A stretch of DNA of 64,000 nucleotides from Amoebidium appalachense (GCA_963693365.1 CAVNZM010000016.1:5324543-5388542); one strand, 5' to 3'. Positions 29,099 to 43,132 are shown, counted from the stretch's first letter. Translations and numbers: made by a program. Notes: generated from the sequence alone by a model not told the origin.

Positions 29099-29165
29099 CC
29101 TGCTGGGGAGCCCCTTTTAAAAATTAAAAAAAAATTAAAAAAATTAAAAAAAAATTAAAAAAAAC
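27290..29165 (+). mobile_element. 5'-truncated, disrupted non-LTR retrotransposon (LINE): RT domain, C-terminal Cys/His region, (TTA7-9)n tail
   Basis: RT motifs QSAFR, FIDWKTAYDSV, GLLQGSLLSPLLFNLFIDDL, LLYADD and YKYLG in ORF 27181-28212. No endonuclease domain is present. A downstream frame carries WR..CP..H..FNR.C..C. An A-rich tandem tail lies at 29115-29164. Confidence 0.88.
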
Positions 29166-29719
29166 GGGGAACCCCAACTAATTGATTTCTCTTTGTAGTC
29201 TTTATGGTGTCTCGTAGAGAAAGTAAACCCTGATATATAGTCATCACCCGACATCTATGTACGTGATCATGATATACCGCTGAGGGGATATTCCGAGCAA
29301 AAACCCCCCCATACCTGAGGCTGGTGTCTGTAAACAGCGTAAACCCCCCCAGTATATCCGTTATAAAATGACCGTGTTAGATCACCTTATTAATGCTGCA
29401 CAGTATGATATTGTGATACGGTGTCTTAACTTTCTCTCGGAGCTACCAATGCTAGCTTCTGCTTATCCATAATCTATACTAGGGTTGTTTTATTGCATAC
29501 AGTGTACATAAGTGTACATACGTATAGCTAGGACGATGTCCGCAGCAACACAAAGTGCATAAACCCCCTGATATCGATCGATGATCAGCTGATCATCATC
29601 GCGTAAAAAAAGGTTTCAATAACCGCTTTGCACTTGTACAGCAGCATGCCCAAAAAAAAATCTTAATTAAACATAATAGCTAGAAATCATCCATCGGCCA
29701 CACAGTGGCAGTGACAGTG

Positions 29720-29845
29720 TGTCAGACACGTGATCACAACCAAAGTTCCCGATCCTTGGGACAACAAACATAGCAGCCAATCAAAAACCACCAAATAATA
29801 ATTGAAACCAATCAAAACGCACCACTTCTTCTGGGCACGTGAGCG
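29720..29845 (+). promoter_or_regulatory. Putative promoter of the APC permease: two CCAAT boxes and two CACGTG E-boxes
   Basis: CACGTG at ~29727 and ~29837, gCCAATCA at ~29776 and aCCAATCA at ~29807, about 300 bp upstream of the ATG. Confidence 0.45.
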
Positions 29846-30138
29846 GCACTAAGCGTCTTTCATTGTACGCACACACAACGCTCACACAAACACGTTTTTT
29901 CGGTGAAGCCTACGCTTGAACGTTACAAAAAATAGACACTGCATGCTTTGACATGTGTTGTGGTGGGGTTGATTTTTTTGTCAATCGTTGAGATCGTCTC
30001 TTGTTATCTGCCACTCTCAGGCCTAGGCAACACCTACAGTACGTATATTACTGTCAACCCACAAATCTAATAATATTACGTTCCATGAAATAATCCCAGC
30101 CCGTTTTCTTGGCTTGATTGCCAGCAACGAAAGATAAG

Positions 30139-32308
30139 ATGGGTGGAAAGAATAGCGAAGACCTAGGCTCCAGCACACCCACAGACACACGGTGTAGCCT
30201 TGCAAGACAGAGTGTCATTTCCGTTGGCTGGCGCCCACGCTATAGCGTTCGTGAGTCTATACATGACCAAACCAGCCCAACCCTAAGCACACACCATGAT
30301 CCGGCCACTTGCAGCGATGCTCAATCAAACGTGAAAGATGGGTTCTTGCCTGATGGCACAATAGACGTAACGCTGTCAGGTGTGGACCGTAGCACACACA
30401 GCACCACACCCAATCTTCCGATCGGAGTGCATAGATGGGAGTTTCCAGGATGGGGGAAGTCCTTCGACATCACCAACTTATCCACCCATCTGCCCAACTA
30501 CGTCTACACCCCTCGTCGTGTTCACTACCTCGGACAGTTGTTGTCCACCGCCATAGCAGGAAACGACCTTACTGCGTCCATTCTTTACTCTTCAGGAGTG
30601 TGCGCTTACTACGCCGGAAAATGGGCGCCAATATCCATGCTTCTCGTTACCATTGTCCTCTATCTTTACCGACGAATTTACACGGAGGTGGTGTGTGCTC
30701 TACCGGTGAACGGAGGAACATACACAGCCCTGCTAAACGCCACCAAGAAATCAGTGGCAGCGGCGGCCGCATGTCTCACCATACTTTCGTACACGTGCAC
30801 GGCTGTAGTGAGCGCAGTCACTGCAGCAGGATATTTCAATGGGTTAACGGGGACAGACCAAACCCAATGGTTAACGGTTGGGTGCCTCATTGTTTTTGGG
30901 CTTCTGGCGCTCGTGGGGATTTCCGAAAGCGCCACGGTTTCCACAGTGATTTTCGTGTTTCACATTACAACCCTGTGTGTTCTGGTCATAGACTCCATCG
31001 TCACGGCTTCACGCGACGGATTTCAGACTCTGACTTCCAACTGGACCCTCGACCTTTCCACAGTCCCGGACGCACCAAACTACGGGACCGTTAAGGGCAT
31101 TTTTCTTTGGTTTTTGCGCCGCGATGCTGGGGATCACCGGGTTCGAAACATCGGCGAATTACGTTGAAGAACAAAAACCGGACGTTTTCCCGAAAACTCT
31201 GCGCAACATGTGGGCTTTGGCGACTTTCTTTAACCCTTTGGTGACCCTTCTAGCCCTCTGTGTCCTTCCCATGCCCAGCGTGATGGGTCTTCCGTTGGTG
31301 GATGGGCAGCCAAATACGGCAAATCTGCTTGCAAACATGGCTAGCAGCAACTGGCTGAAAAAGGTTATTCAGGTCGACGCTGTATTGGTGCTCTGGGGAT
31401 CGGTGTTGACGTCGTATGTGGGTGTGACTGGGTTGGTGCAGAGAATGGCCGTTGATAGGTGTTTGCCTAATTTCCTACTGCACCACAACAAATTACGCGA
31501 TACGCCACACTGGGCCATAATCGGGTTTTGCGGGCTGTGCGTCTCGATCTACTACGCCATGGGCCAGAACCCAATCGTCCTTGGGGGAGTTTTCGCGATC
31601 AGTTTCCTATCGGTCATGTTTTTGTACGGGGCAGCGAATTTAATTCTGAAAATGAACAGGAGGAAGTTGGGGCGGGATTCGTACGCGAGCGTTCCGCAAG
31701 TTCTTTTGGCTATGGGCTTTGTCGCAGCCGCCCTTGCGGGTAACATAATTTCCAATGCAGATTACGTTGGCGATTTTGCGATTTACCTGCTCGGGTGCTG
31801 GTTGGTGGTGTTTTTCATGTTCCACCGGTTCTACCTGCTCAAGTTTTTGGTGGGCAGGCTGACGGAAGTGGATCACAGTAAGTTGGTGGTTTTTGGCCGC
31901 AAGCCTACGCTTTGGTTGTTGAAGAAAATTACGGAGAGCGCTTGGGAGATTCGCCACCAGAAAATGGTCTATTTCATTAAGGACGAGGGGCTTAATATTT
32001 TAAATAAGGCAGTTATGTACATTAACCAGAACGAGCAAACACGCTGGCTGCAATTTGTGCACGTGTATGAAAGCAATGAAATTCCCGATCTTGATTGCAT
32101 ACGCAGTGATTTGTTGTTTTTGGATCTCGCATATCCCAAAATGCGTTTTGATTTGGTGTCTGTAAAGGGAACTTTCGACCCGAAAATGGTAGATATGCTT
32201 TCTCACCACTTGCACGTAGCGAAAAACGACATGTTTATTTCATGCCCTGGAGACCAGTTTCCTCTGAATGTGGGTGATTTGGGCGGTGTGCGGATCATTA
32301 CGTATTAG
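30139..32308 (+). CDS. APC-superfamily amino acid permease, intronless, with a single +1 frameshift in the T-run at 31100-31104
   Basis: Motifs TAIAGNDL, LPVNGGTY, GISESA, GITGFETSANYVEEQ, FPKTLRNMW and C-terminal GGVRII, plus many hydrophobic helices. Removing one T joins the two ORFs as ...KGIFFGFCAAMLGITGFE... Confidence 0.9.
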
Positions 32309-32776
32309 AGCCACATGTTAGGTAGAGTATTTAGAGCGTCGTATTGGTTAGAATTTATAACGAACGAATATTATTGGCTGCTGGTCAGCTAAAGTGCACG
32401 AGTTTTTTATTTGTTGCTTGGTAGTGAAATGATATCACGAAAGCATGTAAGATTACGAAAGTCAGATATGTTTATTACGTAAAGTTGATTGTTATTAATC
32501 CTGTATTGCCAATGTCCCCTTCTTCATTTTTGTCTCCCCCCTTCCCCCCTTTCCCCTCCTCCTCCTCCTCTGTCTCCATGTTCAAATGGAAATGGTATTT
32601 GAGTTGACGTTTTCGCATGCGCTGTGAACGGGTCGAACGCTGGGTTTTGTGGATAACTTGCCCCTACCGCAACCAAAATGCGGGCTGTGTACTCCCAGTG
32701 CACGTGGGTGCATTCCAATCGCATTGTGTTCCAAGTTTGTCGTAAATTTGTTACAATTGTATTCTGCTGGGCATTA

Positions 32777-32813
<37 letters not shown>

Positions 32814-33266
32814 CCACCACCACCACCACCACGCCGAGTAAACTCGTACATTTCACTGATTGAATTGTTGTCTAGCCTTCCCCTCTTCCCCCGTGAATTC
32901 GTTAATGTGGCCCCCATTTTATCCCCCCCCCCCCCCCCCCCCCCCCCCCGGGAAGCTTACCAGTTGACGGTCCCCATACCCACTCTGAACTACCGGTATG
33001 GAATACATTACCCCCCCCCAACACCTCCAACACCCCCGCGCCTGCTTCCTCTCATGCATCCCTCTCAGTGCTCTCTCTCTGTCTGCCTGTCCCCCACATG
33101 CGAATATTTATGTAGTGCTTCTGTGCGACTTCGTTCAGGTCAGAGGTTCAACCACTATTAGAGCAGCGTGTTGTGTGTGCGCGCGCAAAATGTCTTATGT
33201 GAGTGTGTGCGGGCGTGTGTGCTTGCATGTGACACCGTGCGTACAGTGGTCACACACACACACACC

Positions 33267-33387
<121 letters not shown>

Positions 33388-34365
33388 TCCCCCTTTCCCG
33401 TTTCACTCCCGGCGAGGCACTGCCTCGGGGGAGCATACCGTCTTCCGCCTAGACACAGATCGTACTGTATAGCACACTCATAAGTCAGGATTCAGGCTAG
33501 TGACCCCAACTGGCACTATTTTTAGTTACGCCTTTATCCACGGTTCTAGCCGCAGCAACGCTAGTGGGGAAGTGAGCACAGCTCACTTTAACAACACCAG
33601 CCGGGACACATACACAAACATAAAGACTTGAAAGGGAAAACCCCATGCCCAGGACGCTGACCCGAACCGTGGCCGGTGATTCGGACTTGAACGTTAGGCC
33701 CGGATGCCCAAGCGGCGCGCCGTTGACGTCAGAGGGCCGGTGCTGTTCATGACGTCATGTCTTGCGGCCGGATGATAACAAATTGGTGGTGCTGCTTGAC
33801 GTGGTCTGGGGTGATGATTCTAGGGGGCGTACCGGTGGACCGAGGCAAAACAACAATCGGAAGTAACCAGGGGTTTACCCGGCATCCGCCCTCTCTGTTT
33901 CCACCTGTTGCATGTGGGTGACAGAGGCGCACACAGTGTGCGCGCGTATATAAGCATTGTGTGTGCACATGTGCACTGTCACACCCATTTGTAACGTAGT
34001 TTTTTGTGAGGCGACATTTAATAGTTGTATTGCTAAGAGGAACATCGTAAGCTTTGCTCTCTGAAAGTTCTAAGGTTTTGTTTGTAACGGTTGAAATTTT
34101 TCAGGCCGCGGTTTGCACAAGCCTGAATTCCTTGTCTGATAAATTTTGTCGGAGCACTGTTAGACGCTTTCTCGCTTGCAGGTTAAAGGCGAAGTGACAT
34201 AATTGCACTAAGAAATTTAAGTTACTGGTTTTTTCACAGTAATTAGGACGTGACATCAGTTTACAAGTTCTACAAGTTCTTGCCCACACACATCCAAACA
34301 CCACACACACACACACACTAGCCTCCTCTCTCTTCTGCTTCTTTGCCTATTTGACCATTGGCAAC

Positions 34366-35838
34366 ATGGCAACTCCAAGCAGCAAAGCCGTCAAGGCACT
34401 AAACACCTCCAACTCCCCTATTCCTGTACCCAACACCGCCGCCGTCTACCCTCCCCAACTCTACGACATCGAGCTAGATAGCAACCTACCCAGTGGTGAT
34501 CCGGAAAGGAGATCCGTCAACGAGAAGGGCCTTGTTGCGACGGAACAAGATCCAACCAGCAACTATGATGAGCACGTTAGGAGGGCAGGGGCCATTAGCA
34601 GCGTAACAAACCTTTCAAACTGTATCGTTGGCGCCGGTGTAATTGCCCTCCCGCTTGCATTCGCCAGTGCAGGTTGGGCGCTCGGTATAACGCTACTGAT
34701 TATCGGTGCAAGTGCATCGATATTTGGCTTCTATCTTCTTTCCGCTTGTGCACATGAAATCGGCGGGACGGATACTTCGTTCGGTCTTCTGGCCTGGAGA
34801 ACATGGCCTAGGTCATCCCTCCTGGTGGACATGGTCGTGATGATGGAGACCCTTGGTGTCGCCATTGCACAGCTTATTATCGTCGGTGATTTGGCCCCGA
34901 AAATCATCTATGCCGTGGCCCCAGTTTCCGTGACGAGTTTCTGGCTGAACCGGCAATTGTGGGTGTCTGTTGCATTCTTCTGCCTTGGCGCACCACTAAC
35001 ATGCGTTCGGCACATGCACGGAATGAGAATTACGTCGATGATGGCTCTTGTCGGTCTCGTGTTTATTCTGTTGCTGGGTATTTTGCATCTTGCAAACCCT
35101 AACAACCACTTCGAGCCGTGCCAGGGAAGACTTGATGTGGCTGCGTGCAAGGGAGAGATCACGCCGGCGGTTTGGGAATTGGATGGGATTAGGCGGGCAT
35201 TTTCCATGTTCGTTTTCTCTTTCGGCGCACACGCACAGACATTTCACATCTACAACGAAATGACCAAGCCAAGCGCACAGCGTATGTCGGGAATTGCAGC
35301 TTTTGCAGTGACGTATGGGTTTGTCCTTTACGCCGCCTTTGGGCTCTGTGGCTATTTCACGTATGGATCCAAGGTTTCATCGAACGTGCTTTTGGATTTC
35401 CCCAACACCATTCCCGTGAACATCAGCAGAGCGATCGTGTGCTTCAACGTGTGTGTTGCCTACCCGCTAGCAAACAGGCCAACCCGCCAAGCTGCTATTC
35501 ATTTGACTAACACCCTTCTTGACATGCGTGGGCGAAGCAGACTTACAGCGGACAAAGTTTTTCAAGGAAGACTTTTCTGGGTGGTAACTGCTATAATCCT
35601 CTTCACCAGCTATATCACGGCTATGTTTGTGAGTGACTTGGGCCTCGTTTTCGAAGCTATGGGTGCTACTAATGCCACTATGATATCGTATATTCTGCCT
35701 GGGGTTTTCTATCTTCGCTTGTTCCGCGATATTCATAGGAAGAATACTATCAACCGTGTTACGGCTGTTGCGGCTATTGGTCTTACTGTGTTTGGTGTTT
35801 GTTTCATGGCCTGGTTCTTAGCTACTGTAGGTATGTAA
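34366..35838 (+). CDS. AAAP/SLC38-like (Aa_trans, AVT-type) amino acid transporter, intronless, 490 aa
   Basis: TM1 motif NLSNCIVGAGVIALPLAFASAGW, then FSFGAH, GYFTYGSKVSSNVL and YILPG, with about 11 hydrophobic segments. Confidence 0.93.
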   Translation: MATPSSKAVKALNTSNSPIPVPNTAAVYPPQLYDIELDSNLPSGDPERRSVNEKGLVATEQDPTSNYDEHVRRAGAISSVTNLSNCIVGAGVIALPLAFASAGWALGITLLIIGASASIFGFYLLSACAHEIGGTDTSFGLLAWRTWPRSSLLVDMVVMMETLGVAIAQLIIVGDLAPKIIYAVAPVSVTSFWLNRQLWVSVAFFCLGAPLTCVRHMHGMRITSMMALVGLVFILLLGILHLANPNNHFEPCQGRLDVAACKGEITPAVWELDGIRRAFSMFVFSFGAHAQTFHIYNEMTKPSAQRMSGIAAFAVTYGFVLYAAFGLCGYFTYGSKVSSNVLLDFPNTIPVNISRAIVCFNVCVAYPLANRPTRQAAIHLTNTLLDMRGRSRLTADKVFQGRLFWVVTAIILFTSYITAMFVSDLGLVFEAMGATNATMISYILPGVFYLRLFRDIHRKNTINRVTAVAAIGLTVFGVCFMAWFLATVGM

Positions 35839-36563
35839 CTATAATACCTCTTAATACGCTGGTTGTTGATATATGGAACTTAATCGTTTTCTTTTCTTGT
35901 ATTGATGTTTGAACTAGCGGTGTATAAGACGAAACCCAGATGTAGAGGTGGTTAGACTATTAAAGCTGATGAATATGGCCACACTTTTTCTTGTTCGTTA
36001 CAATGAATAGTAGCATATATTTTATAATGGGCTGTGTATGAAAGAGGGTTAGACTGGCAAACCCATGTGCACGTTTATGATGCGCGATTGTGGGAAGGTA
36101 TTGGGCCCCCACCGAATTTTCACCACAAACGTGTGAAGTTGTGAACTTGACCATGCCAGCCTGGTGCTGCGCGTGCCTAAATTGGCAACGGTTCCCCCTT
36201 GAATGAAAATCAAAAACCCCTGAACAAGCATGTGTCTGGGTACGAATTGTGTTCTCGTGTGTTCTATGCTGCGGAGTGTGTGTGCTCAGGTACTTGTGTT
36301 TCCCAGAACATATGGTTTGGTGCCTAAATTGCGGATAATTGCCTGTTTTCGAGGTGGAAGATACGAAGGTTATTTGCCTGCCAATTGCAATACGCACTGC
36401 TAGAGTAGAAGAATGCTTTTTTTTGCCTTCGCCAATCTGCCAATGGATTGTCTGTATGTGAACTTCCTTGCATCCATTCGGCATATATCTGAGCCACTGG
36501 GCTGCGTTGGGGGGGGGGGGGGGGGATTCTGACGTTACGTGTGTGTATGCAAGGGGGGGGGGG

Positions 36564-36594
<31 letters not shown>

Positions 36595-37500
36595 GGGGGG
36601 GGGGGAGGGGATCCGGAATCTGGGGTCTCAGTGATTTCTGGTGCCGGTGTATACATGTGCACGTGGCACCAAGGCCCCACCGCCGGGAGATAGGGCCGTG
36701 AAGGGGCAGGAGGGGCCCGGATGGGGGGAGAGGGGGCGGAGGGGGAAGACGTCATATTATCCAAATATCATGAGCCCAGCAATGATTTACGGATGTGTGG
36801 GCATGGCTATGAAAACAACAAAACATGTACAACCTAGGCACATCTGTGCCCACCCACCCTAGTGCGCAGGTCCCTTTGCAGGCGTGGTTGTGTGCGTGTG
36901 TGGGGGAGGGGGGGGGGAGGGGGGGGGGATGCTGTGTACATATGTGCACTTTATTCATTTTATATAGTAACTAGTTACCCGAGCGCAGACTATGATATAC
37001 TCGTGCACAGACGGATCATTGGCAACCCCCCCTCAGATTGAAGTTCCGGATTAAATCGTGAACTTCGTTGGGGTGGTTCGGTCAAAAGCAGTGCGTGACT
37101 GATTAAAAGGAAGTGGGAGGGGGGAATGGGGGGGGGGGGAGGGGGGTTAGAGTGTAGTGCCGTGCCATACACATTTGGGTTAGTATTATGTAACATTAAT
37201 CAGGGAACACGACTTCGTGACTAGAATGAAGACAAACCCCAAAACCAATTGCTGGAGTACAAAGTTTCTCGCCACAACTGGGGGGGAGGGGGGGGGGGGG
37301 AGGAGGAAGGCAAACTCACTGTGCGAAATACGGTACGAACTGTACACGTACAACAAAACGACGAGAAACACGTTGCATGCCACATGCACAAGCAAACATT
37401 CCAGCAAGCAACAATGGCAATGATTATTTGTGCATCATGAGCAGAACTATTCCTCAGGGGGCCAAAAGTCATCGAATACTTTTGGGGAAAAGGGGAAAAA

Positions 37501-37537
<37 letters not shown>

Positions 37538-38036
37538 GAAAGGCTTTTGCTGTGTTCTCATATGTCTGTCACCCAGTCAAAGAGTGGCCCATTTAAACAA
37601 GACGTGACCTTCGGCCTATGAGCAGTCAGTTACAAACGGACCCTACTGGGCCTCTGCATAGAGCGAAACATACCGCCTTCGTGCAGTTAAAACGAACTAC
37701 GACGGGCTAATGCTAGGCTTCCAAAGCTCACATCTTAGGCTATTACTAGACGGCCAAATTATAAACATGACAAAAATGCACATTTTAAAATATATCCCCC
37801 CCCCCCCCCCCCCAGCCAGCCTCTGCCTACATTCATGGCACATCAGTCAAAAAAAAAAAAGAAAATAAAAATGCCCTTCCATCGTAAAGCGTCGAATGTA
37901 TTGATAAATATGTTTGCAGCATTCAAATCAGTCACAAGTTTTTCGGCTCACTAATCTACAAAGCATCTGTAAATACTGGCAAATCTTCATCAAAATTTCC
38001 CATTTAAACATCCGGATTTTCGGTTTTTCTGTTGTT

Positions 38037-38174
38037 TTACCTAGCAGAGGGGCGGTTGACCAGAGACAGGAATTCCTCCCTGGTCTTGTTGCTTTCACGG
38101 AAAACTCCAAGCATGACGCTTGTCGTGGTGGAGGCGTGGGGTTTCTGCACTCCACGCATCACCATGCACATGTG

Positions 38175-38222
<48 letters not shown>

Positions 38223-38365
38223 ACGAAGGGGTGGCGGTGGGCGGGAGGCCCTGGGGCGGGGCGGGGGCGGGGTGGGGGGGGGGGGGGGGGGGGGGGGGTT
38301 ACCGTTTAGATGGTGACCCATCAAAGCTAAATACAAAGCACAAGCTGACACCGGGGGGAGAGGGA

Positions 38366-38399
<34 letters not shown>

Positions 38400-38414
38400 G
38401 GTGGTGGTGGTGGT

Positions 38415-38456
<42 letters not shown>

Positions 38457-38537
38457 CGATCTACGTAGCATCTATAAAAACTGACCTTATTCATGAAAGC
38501 TTCCCGTTTCATTTTTGGGATTTTCCAGTTTTTCTGT

Positions 38538-38618
<81 letters not shown>

Positions 38619-39338
38619 GCGTGTGTTTGTGTGTGGTGGTGGTGATGGTGGTCGTGGCGGAAGGGGGGGGGGGGGGGGGGAGGGAGGGAGACCAAGCATG
38701 TGAAGGGGCCCGGTGGACGGAAAACAAGCCGCTGATGACCCAGAGGAGAAGATTGAAGGGAGGAGGGGGGGGGGGGGGGGGTTTGAATGCGGAACACGGT
38801 ACGAAGTACGCATACACGACGAGAAGCATGTTGCAGGACACATGCAAAGGCAAACATTCAAGTATGCAACATCAGCCATGTGCACAGTATGCGTCATAAG
38901 CAGAGCCCATCCTCAGGGAGGACCCAAGTCATCAATTGCGTCTGAGTTTCGACCCCTTAGCCCGCGTATATACGACGCTCCAACTCAGACAGCAGCATCA
39001 ACTGAACTTGGGCGGGTCAACCCATCTTGATCAAAGACGAGCAGGGTTGCTTATGCAAGCAAGGTGAGCAAAACGGTGAAGATGTGTGTGCAAACTAATG
39101 CAGTGCAGCGAAAAATGTGTATGTGCTTACAGATGCACGACACAGAGCAACCATGCCCGGTTGCATGGAAGTAAAGCGGTCTCCACACAGTGGTCTGTCC
39201 TGAAAGGACACCTCTGAAAGAAGACTGGGGGGGTTTTGGGTGGAAGACACACAGCTACACACAGACACATACATGTTTACATACATACACACACACACAG
39301 ACAGACAGATATGCACACACACACACACACAGGCAGAA

Positions 39339-39392
<54 letters not shown>

Positions 39393-39586
39393 ATGTACAC
39401 ACACGTATACCCACTCCCGTACACCCAGCACAACTACACGTATCCACACACACACACACGTACACGTACAGGCACGCAGACCGTGACACACACACACACT
39501 TACGCTGCCTCCATGACCACGGCCACACCCCGGGGCTCCACCGTGTCCATCAGAGCACAGGCAATCTGCTTGGTCAAGCGTTCCTG

Positions 39587-39626
<40 letters not shown>

Positions 39627-40936
39627 GAGGGGGGAGGGGAGAGGGGTAAGAATCCGTACATAGCCCAGAGCAGATCCCGGGGGGAAGGGGTGAGATCGGT
39701 AGGTTTAGAAGGTGTTATGGAGTATGGTGAGCATATCTATGACGGACAACACAATGCAGATTGCAAAGCGCACATAAAGAGTATGCTTCTTTGGGTGGGT
39801 GGGTGGGCGGGGTGAAGGTGGGGGGGAGGGTTTAAATGGCATTCTCAAGAGGAGCTTTGAACTAGTGAAAAAGGGCGAGTGGGGGTGGGCGGCGGCAGTG
39901 CCAGGTGGTGGTGGTGGTTTAAGGGGGGGGGGGGGAGGGGGGGGGAGGATAGATATTCCGAAGGGGGGTTTCTAAATACCTGGACCTGGAGCCTGCGGCT
40001 GTAAATTTCGGCAATGCGGGCCACCTTGCTCAGACCAAGCACCTTCTTGTACGGGATGTAGCCGATGTGGATCTAGGGGGACAGAGGGGAGGTTCTAAAA
40101 GTGCCGTTCACAATATGGACTACACCGGCATAACTCGATGCAACAAAAGTAGTGACAATTCTTGGGGGGAGGGGGGAAGGAAGGGAGAGGGGGTGGGACG
40201 ATGTACTCTTTATCTCCGAGCATACCGTACATTACGCTTTCCTTTCTACTCCCGTTATCAAAATACACATCCACTACTCCAAACATCACCACTTCCCCTC
40301 CCAACTAATGTCCCCCACCCCCACCCCACCCCACCACCTCCTCCGCACCCACACACAGAAAAAGACCTACCTGTTCACCAAGCACATCCCCCCCCCCCCC
40401 CCCCCCCCCCTCCCCCTCTCCGGCCACGCAGTGTCACACCGCCATAGCAAAGCACTACTCCCCCCAGCCAACTATGACACACCCAACCCCTGTTTGCATA
40501 TTCAACATCCACATACACACACATCCACATGCTTCCCCCCACACACACCCCACACAAACCTCCTCACTCCCCCCCTCCCTCCCCCCACACACACCACCAC
40601 CACACACACAAACCCTTCCCCCATCCCCCTAGCCCCCCTCCCTCCAGACACACACACACGCACACACCTTGCCCGTGAATGAAATCGTATGGTGCTCGCA
40701 CATGGAAATGATCTCAAATACACACGCACACACCCCCTCCCCCCAACCTCCTACCCTATAAACCCCCCCTCCCCCCCCCCCCCCCACACACACACCTTTC
40801 CAATCAAGGGGACTATGTGGTCCTCGCAAATGGGGAAGATCTCAACACACACACACATACACCCTTCCCCCACCCCCCCTTCTCACACCAACACACCAAC
40901 ACACCCACACACCCATCCCTTCCCATACACACATAC

Positions 40937-41031
<95 letters not shown>

Positions 41032-41269
41032 GAAGAGAGACAGACACACACACGGCCCAACACACACACACACACACACCTTGCCGGTGAAGGGGACCAT
41101 GTGGTGCTCGCACATGGAGAAGATCTCAATGTCCCTCACAATCACCATGTCGTCATGGTCCTCCTCGAACACGGCACCGTTCATCACCTCTGCATACGTG
41201 CACGTGTCAGTCAGAGTGTACGTGTACGTGTGCGTGTTCGTGTGTGTGTGTGTGTGTACGTGTGTGTGT

Positions 41270-41314
<45 letters not shown>

Positions 41315-42033
41315 TGTGTGTGTACGTGTGTGTGTGTGCATGTGTGCATGTAAACACGGCACCGTTCATCAACTCTGCATACGTGTGTGTTTTTGTTTGT
41401 GCGTGTAGGTGTCTACGTGTACGTGTACGTGTGTGTGTGTGTGTGTGTACGCGCGTGTGTGTGTGTGTGTACGTGTGTGTGTGTGTGCGCGTGTGAGATG
41501 TGTGTGAGATTGTGTGTGTACGTGTTTGCCGGAGTTCGTCTGCCTGCGTTCTTGGTGGTTCATTGGAGAGATGGGTGGATTACCGTGTACCACATATGTG
41601 TGTGAATGGCTGACTGTGTATGCTATTCACGCATATGTGCATGTGTGACAAATACATGAATGGTTTGCATTCTGATACCATTCCCTTCGGAGTTTCGTTG
41701 TTTGTGCCCTTTAACCCACCAGCCTCATACCGTTTAAATGAAAATACGTATAACCCATCAAGGCAAAGCATGACCCATTGAGTACATTACCCCAAAACAT
41801 TAACCTAATTCAACCCATCAACATCGGCATTACCGAGTCAACTCATCTTTGGGGAAGGAGCACAAGGGAGGAGGCTGGGACGAGAGGGGTTCAGTTGCTG
41901 TTACACAGTAGGAAGTACACAGGTGGGTACAGCTTGGCTTTAGGCAAGGCCCAATTTATCCACAGCATACTGAATTTTACACCATTAAGCTCAACTGAAA
42001 AACTCTATTTTTTTGGAGGTGAAGGGGCAGGGG

Positions 42034-42081
<48 letters not shown>

Positions 42082-43132
42082 GGGGAGGGGGGGGGGGGGA
42101 GGGGGGACTAGGGAGGGGAGAGGGGGGGGGGGGGGGGGGGGGGATACCAGCCGGGGTCTGCTGGTAGCCCTTAGTGAAGAAGAGCATAGCCTGGGCCATG
42201 CGCAGAGGTGTCTTGAGAAGACCTGAAGCATGCACGTGGTTAGAATCAGAAAACATGTTGGGAGGAAGAGGGGGGGGGGGGGGGGGGGGGGGGGGGGAGG
42301 GGTGTAAGAACAAAGCGGCAGGTGGTGGTGGTGGGGTGGGGTGGGGTGGGCGGGGCGGCGGAGGAGTGGGGAATAGATGGTGGTGAGGGGGGGTGGGGGG
42401 TGGGGAGGAAGGAAGTGAAGGTGATGATGGTGGTGGTAATGGGTATGGGGTGGGGGTGGGGGGGGGGGGGAGAGAAGAAGAAAAAAATGGTAGTGGTGGT
42501 GGTTGGTGTTTTGTTTTTGTTTTTGTTTTTGTTTTTTTTGTTTGTTTTTTTTTGGGGGGGGGGGGGGGGAGTCAGTGTGTGTGTGCGTTTGTGTGCGTGA
42601 CTGTGTGTGTGTGTGTTTGGGCAAGGCAGGGACGGGGGGAGGGGGAGGTGGCTGTGTGTGTGTGTGGAGGGGAGGGGTGGTGATGGTGATGATTGGTGGG
42701 GGAAGGGGGGAGGGCTGCCCATTTGTACGGATAAAATAAGGACCAACAAGGTTCATTATATAGATGCACAAGCAAACAAAAGCAGGAGCCAGGGTGGATT
42801 GGGTGGGTGTATGGGCGTAGTGGTTACTCGACAAGATGTGTATGTGTGGCCGTTGGGGGATGGGGAGAGGGAAGGGGAGGGGCAGGCTGACGGGGAGAGA
42901 GATGGGAGGGAGGGAGGGAAAGGGGGGGAGGGGGGAGAAATGGGGGGGGGGGGGGGGGGGGGGGGGGGAAAGGAGGGAGCGGGAGGGAGAGGGTAGGGAG
43001 AGAGGGAGGGAGAAAGGGGGGATGGAGGGGGGTTGGGGGGAGGCGGGGTGGGGATAAATGTGACGTACCCTCCCTGTCCGGGTCCTCCCCCACACACTCG
43101 AGTATCTCCTTGGCTGCCTTCTCCATTCGAAG
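38037..43132 (-). CDS. GCH1: GTP cyclohydrolase I catalytic domain. Exons 43132-43069, 42222-42148, 41189-41080, 40072-39980, 39583-39504, 38175-38037
   Basis: [34 protein letters not shown] (Zn ligands Cys/His), [38 protein letters not shown] (third Zn ligand) and TREEFL. All intron phases are consistent. Confidence 0.97.
38780..38933 (-). repeat. Copy of dispersed repeat family A in a GCH1 intron
   Basis: gtttgaatgcgg...gtacgaagtac...gcgtcataagcagagcccatcctcaggg aligns by eye with 55680-55814 and 37320-37472. Confidence 0.8.
40665..41385 (-). repeat. Degenerate partial copies of GCH1 exon 41189-41080 in both flanking introns
   Basis: 40667-40720 (translates [17 protein letters not shown], with donor) and 40793-40845 copy the exon 3' end. 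41352-41384 copies the acceptor and 5' end. Confidence 0.85.
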
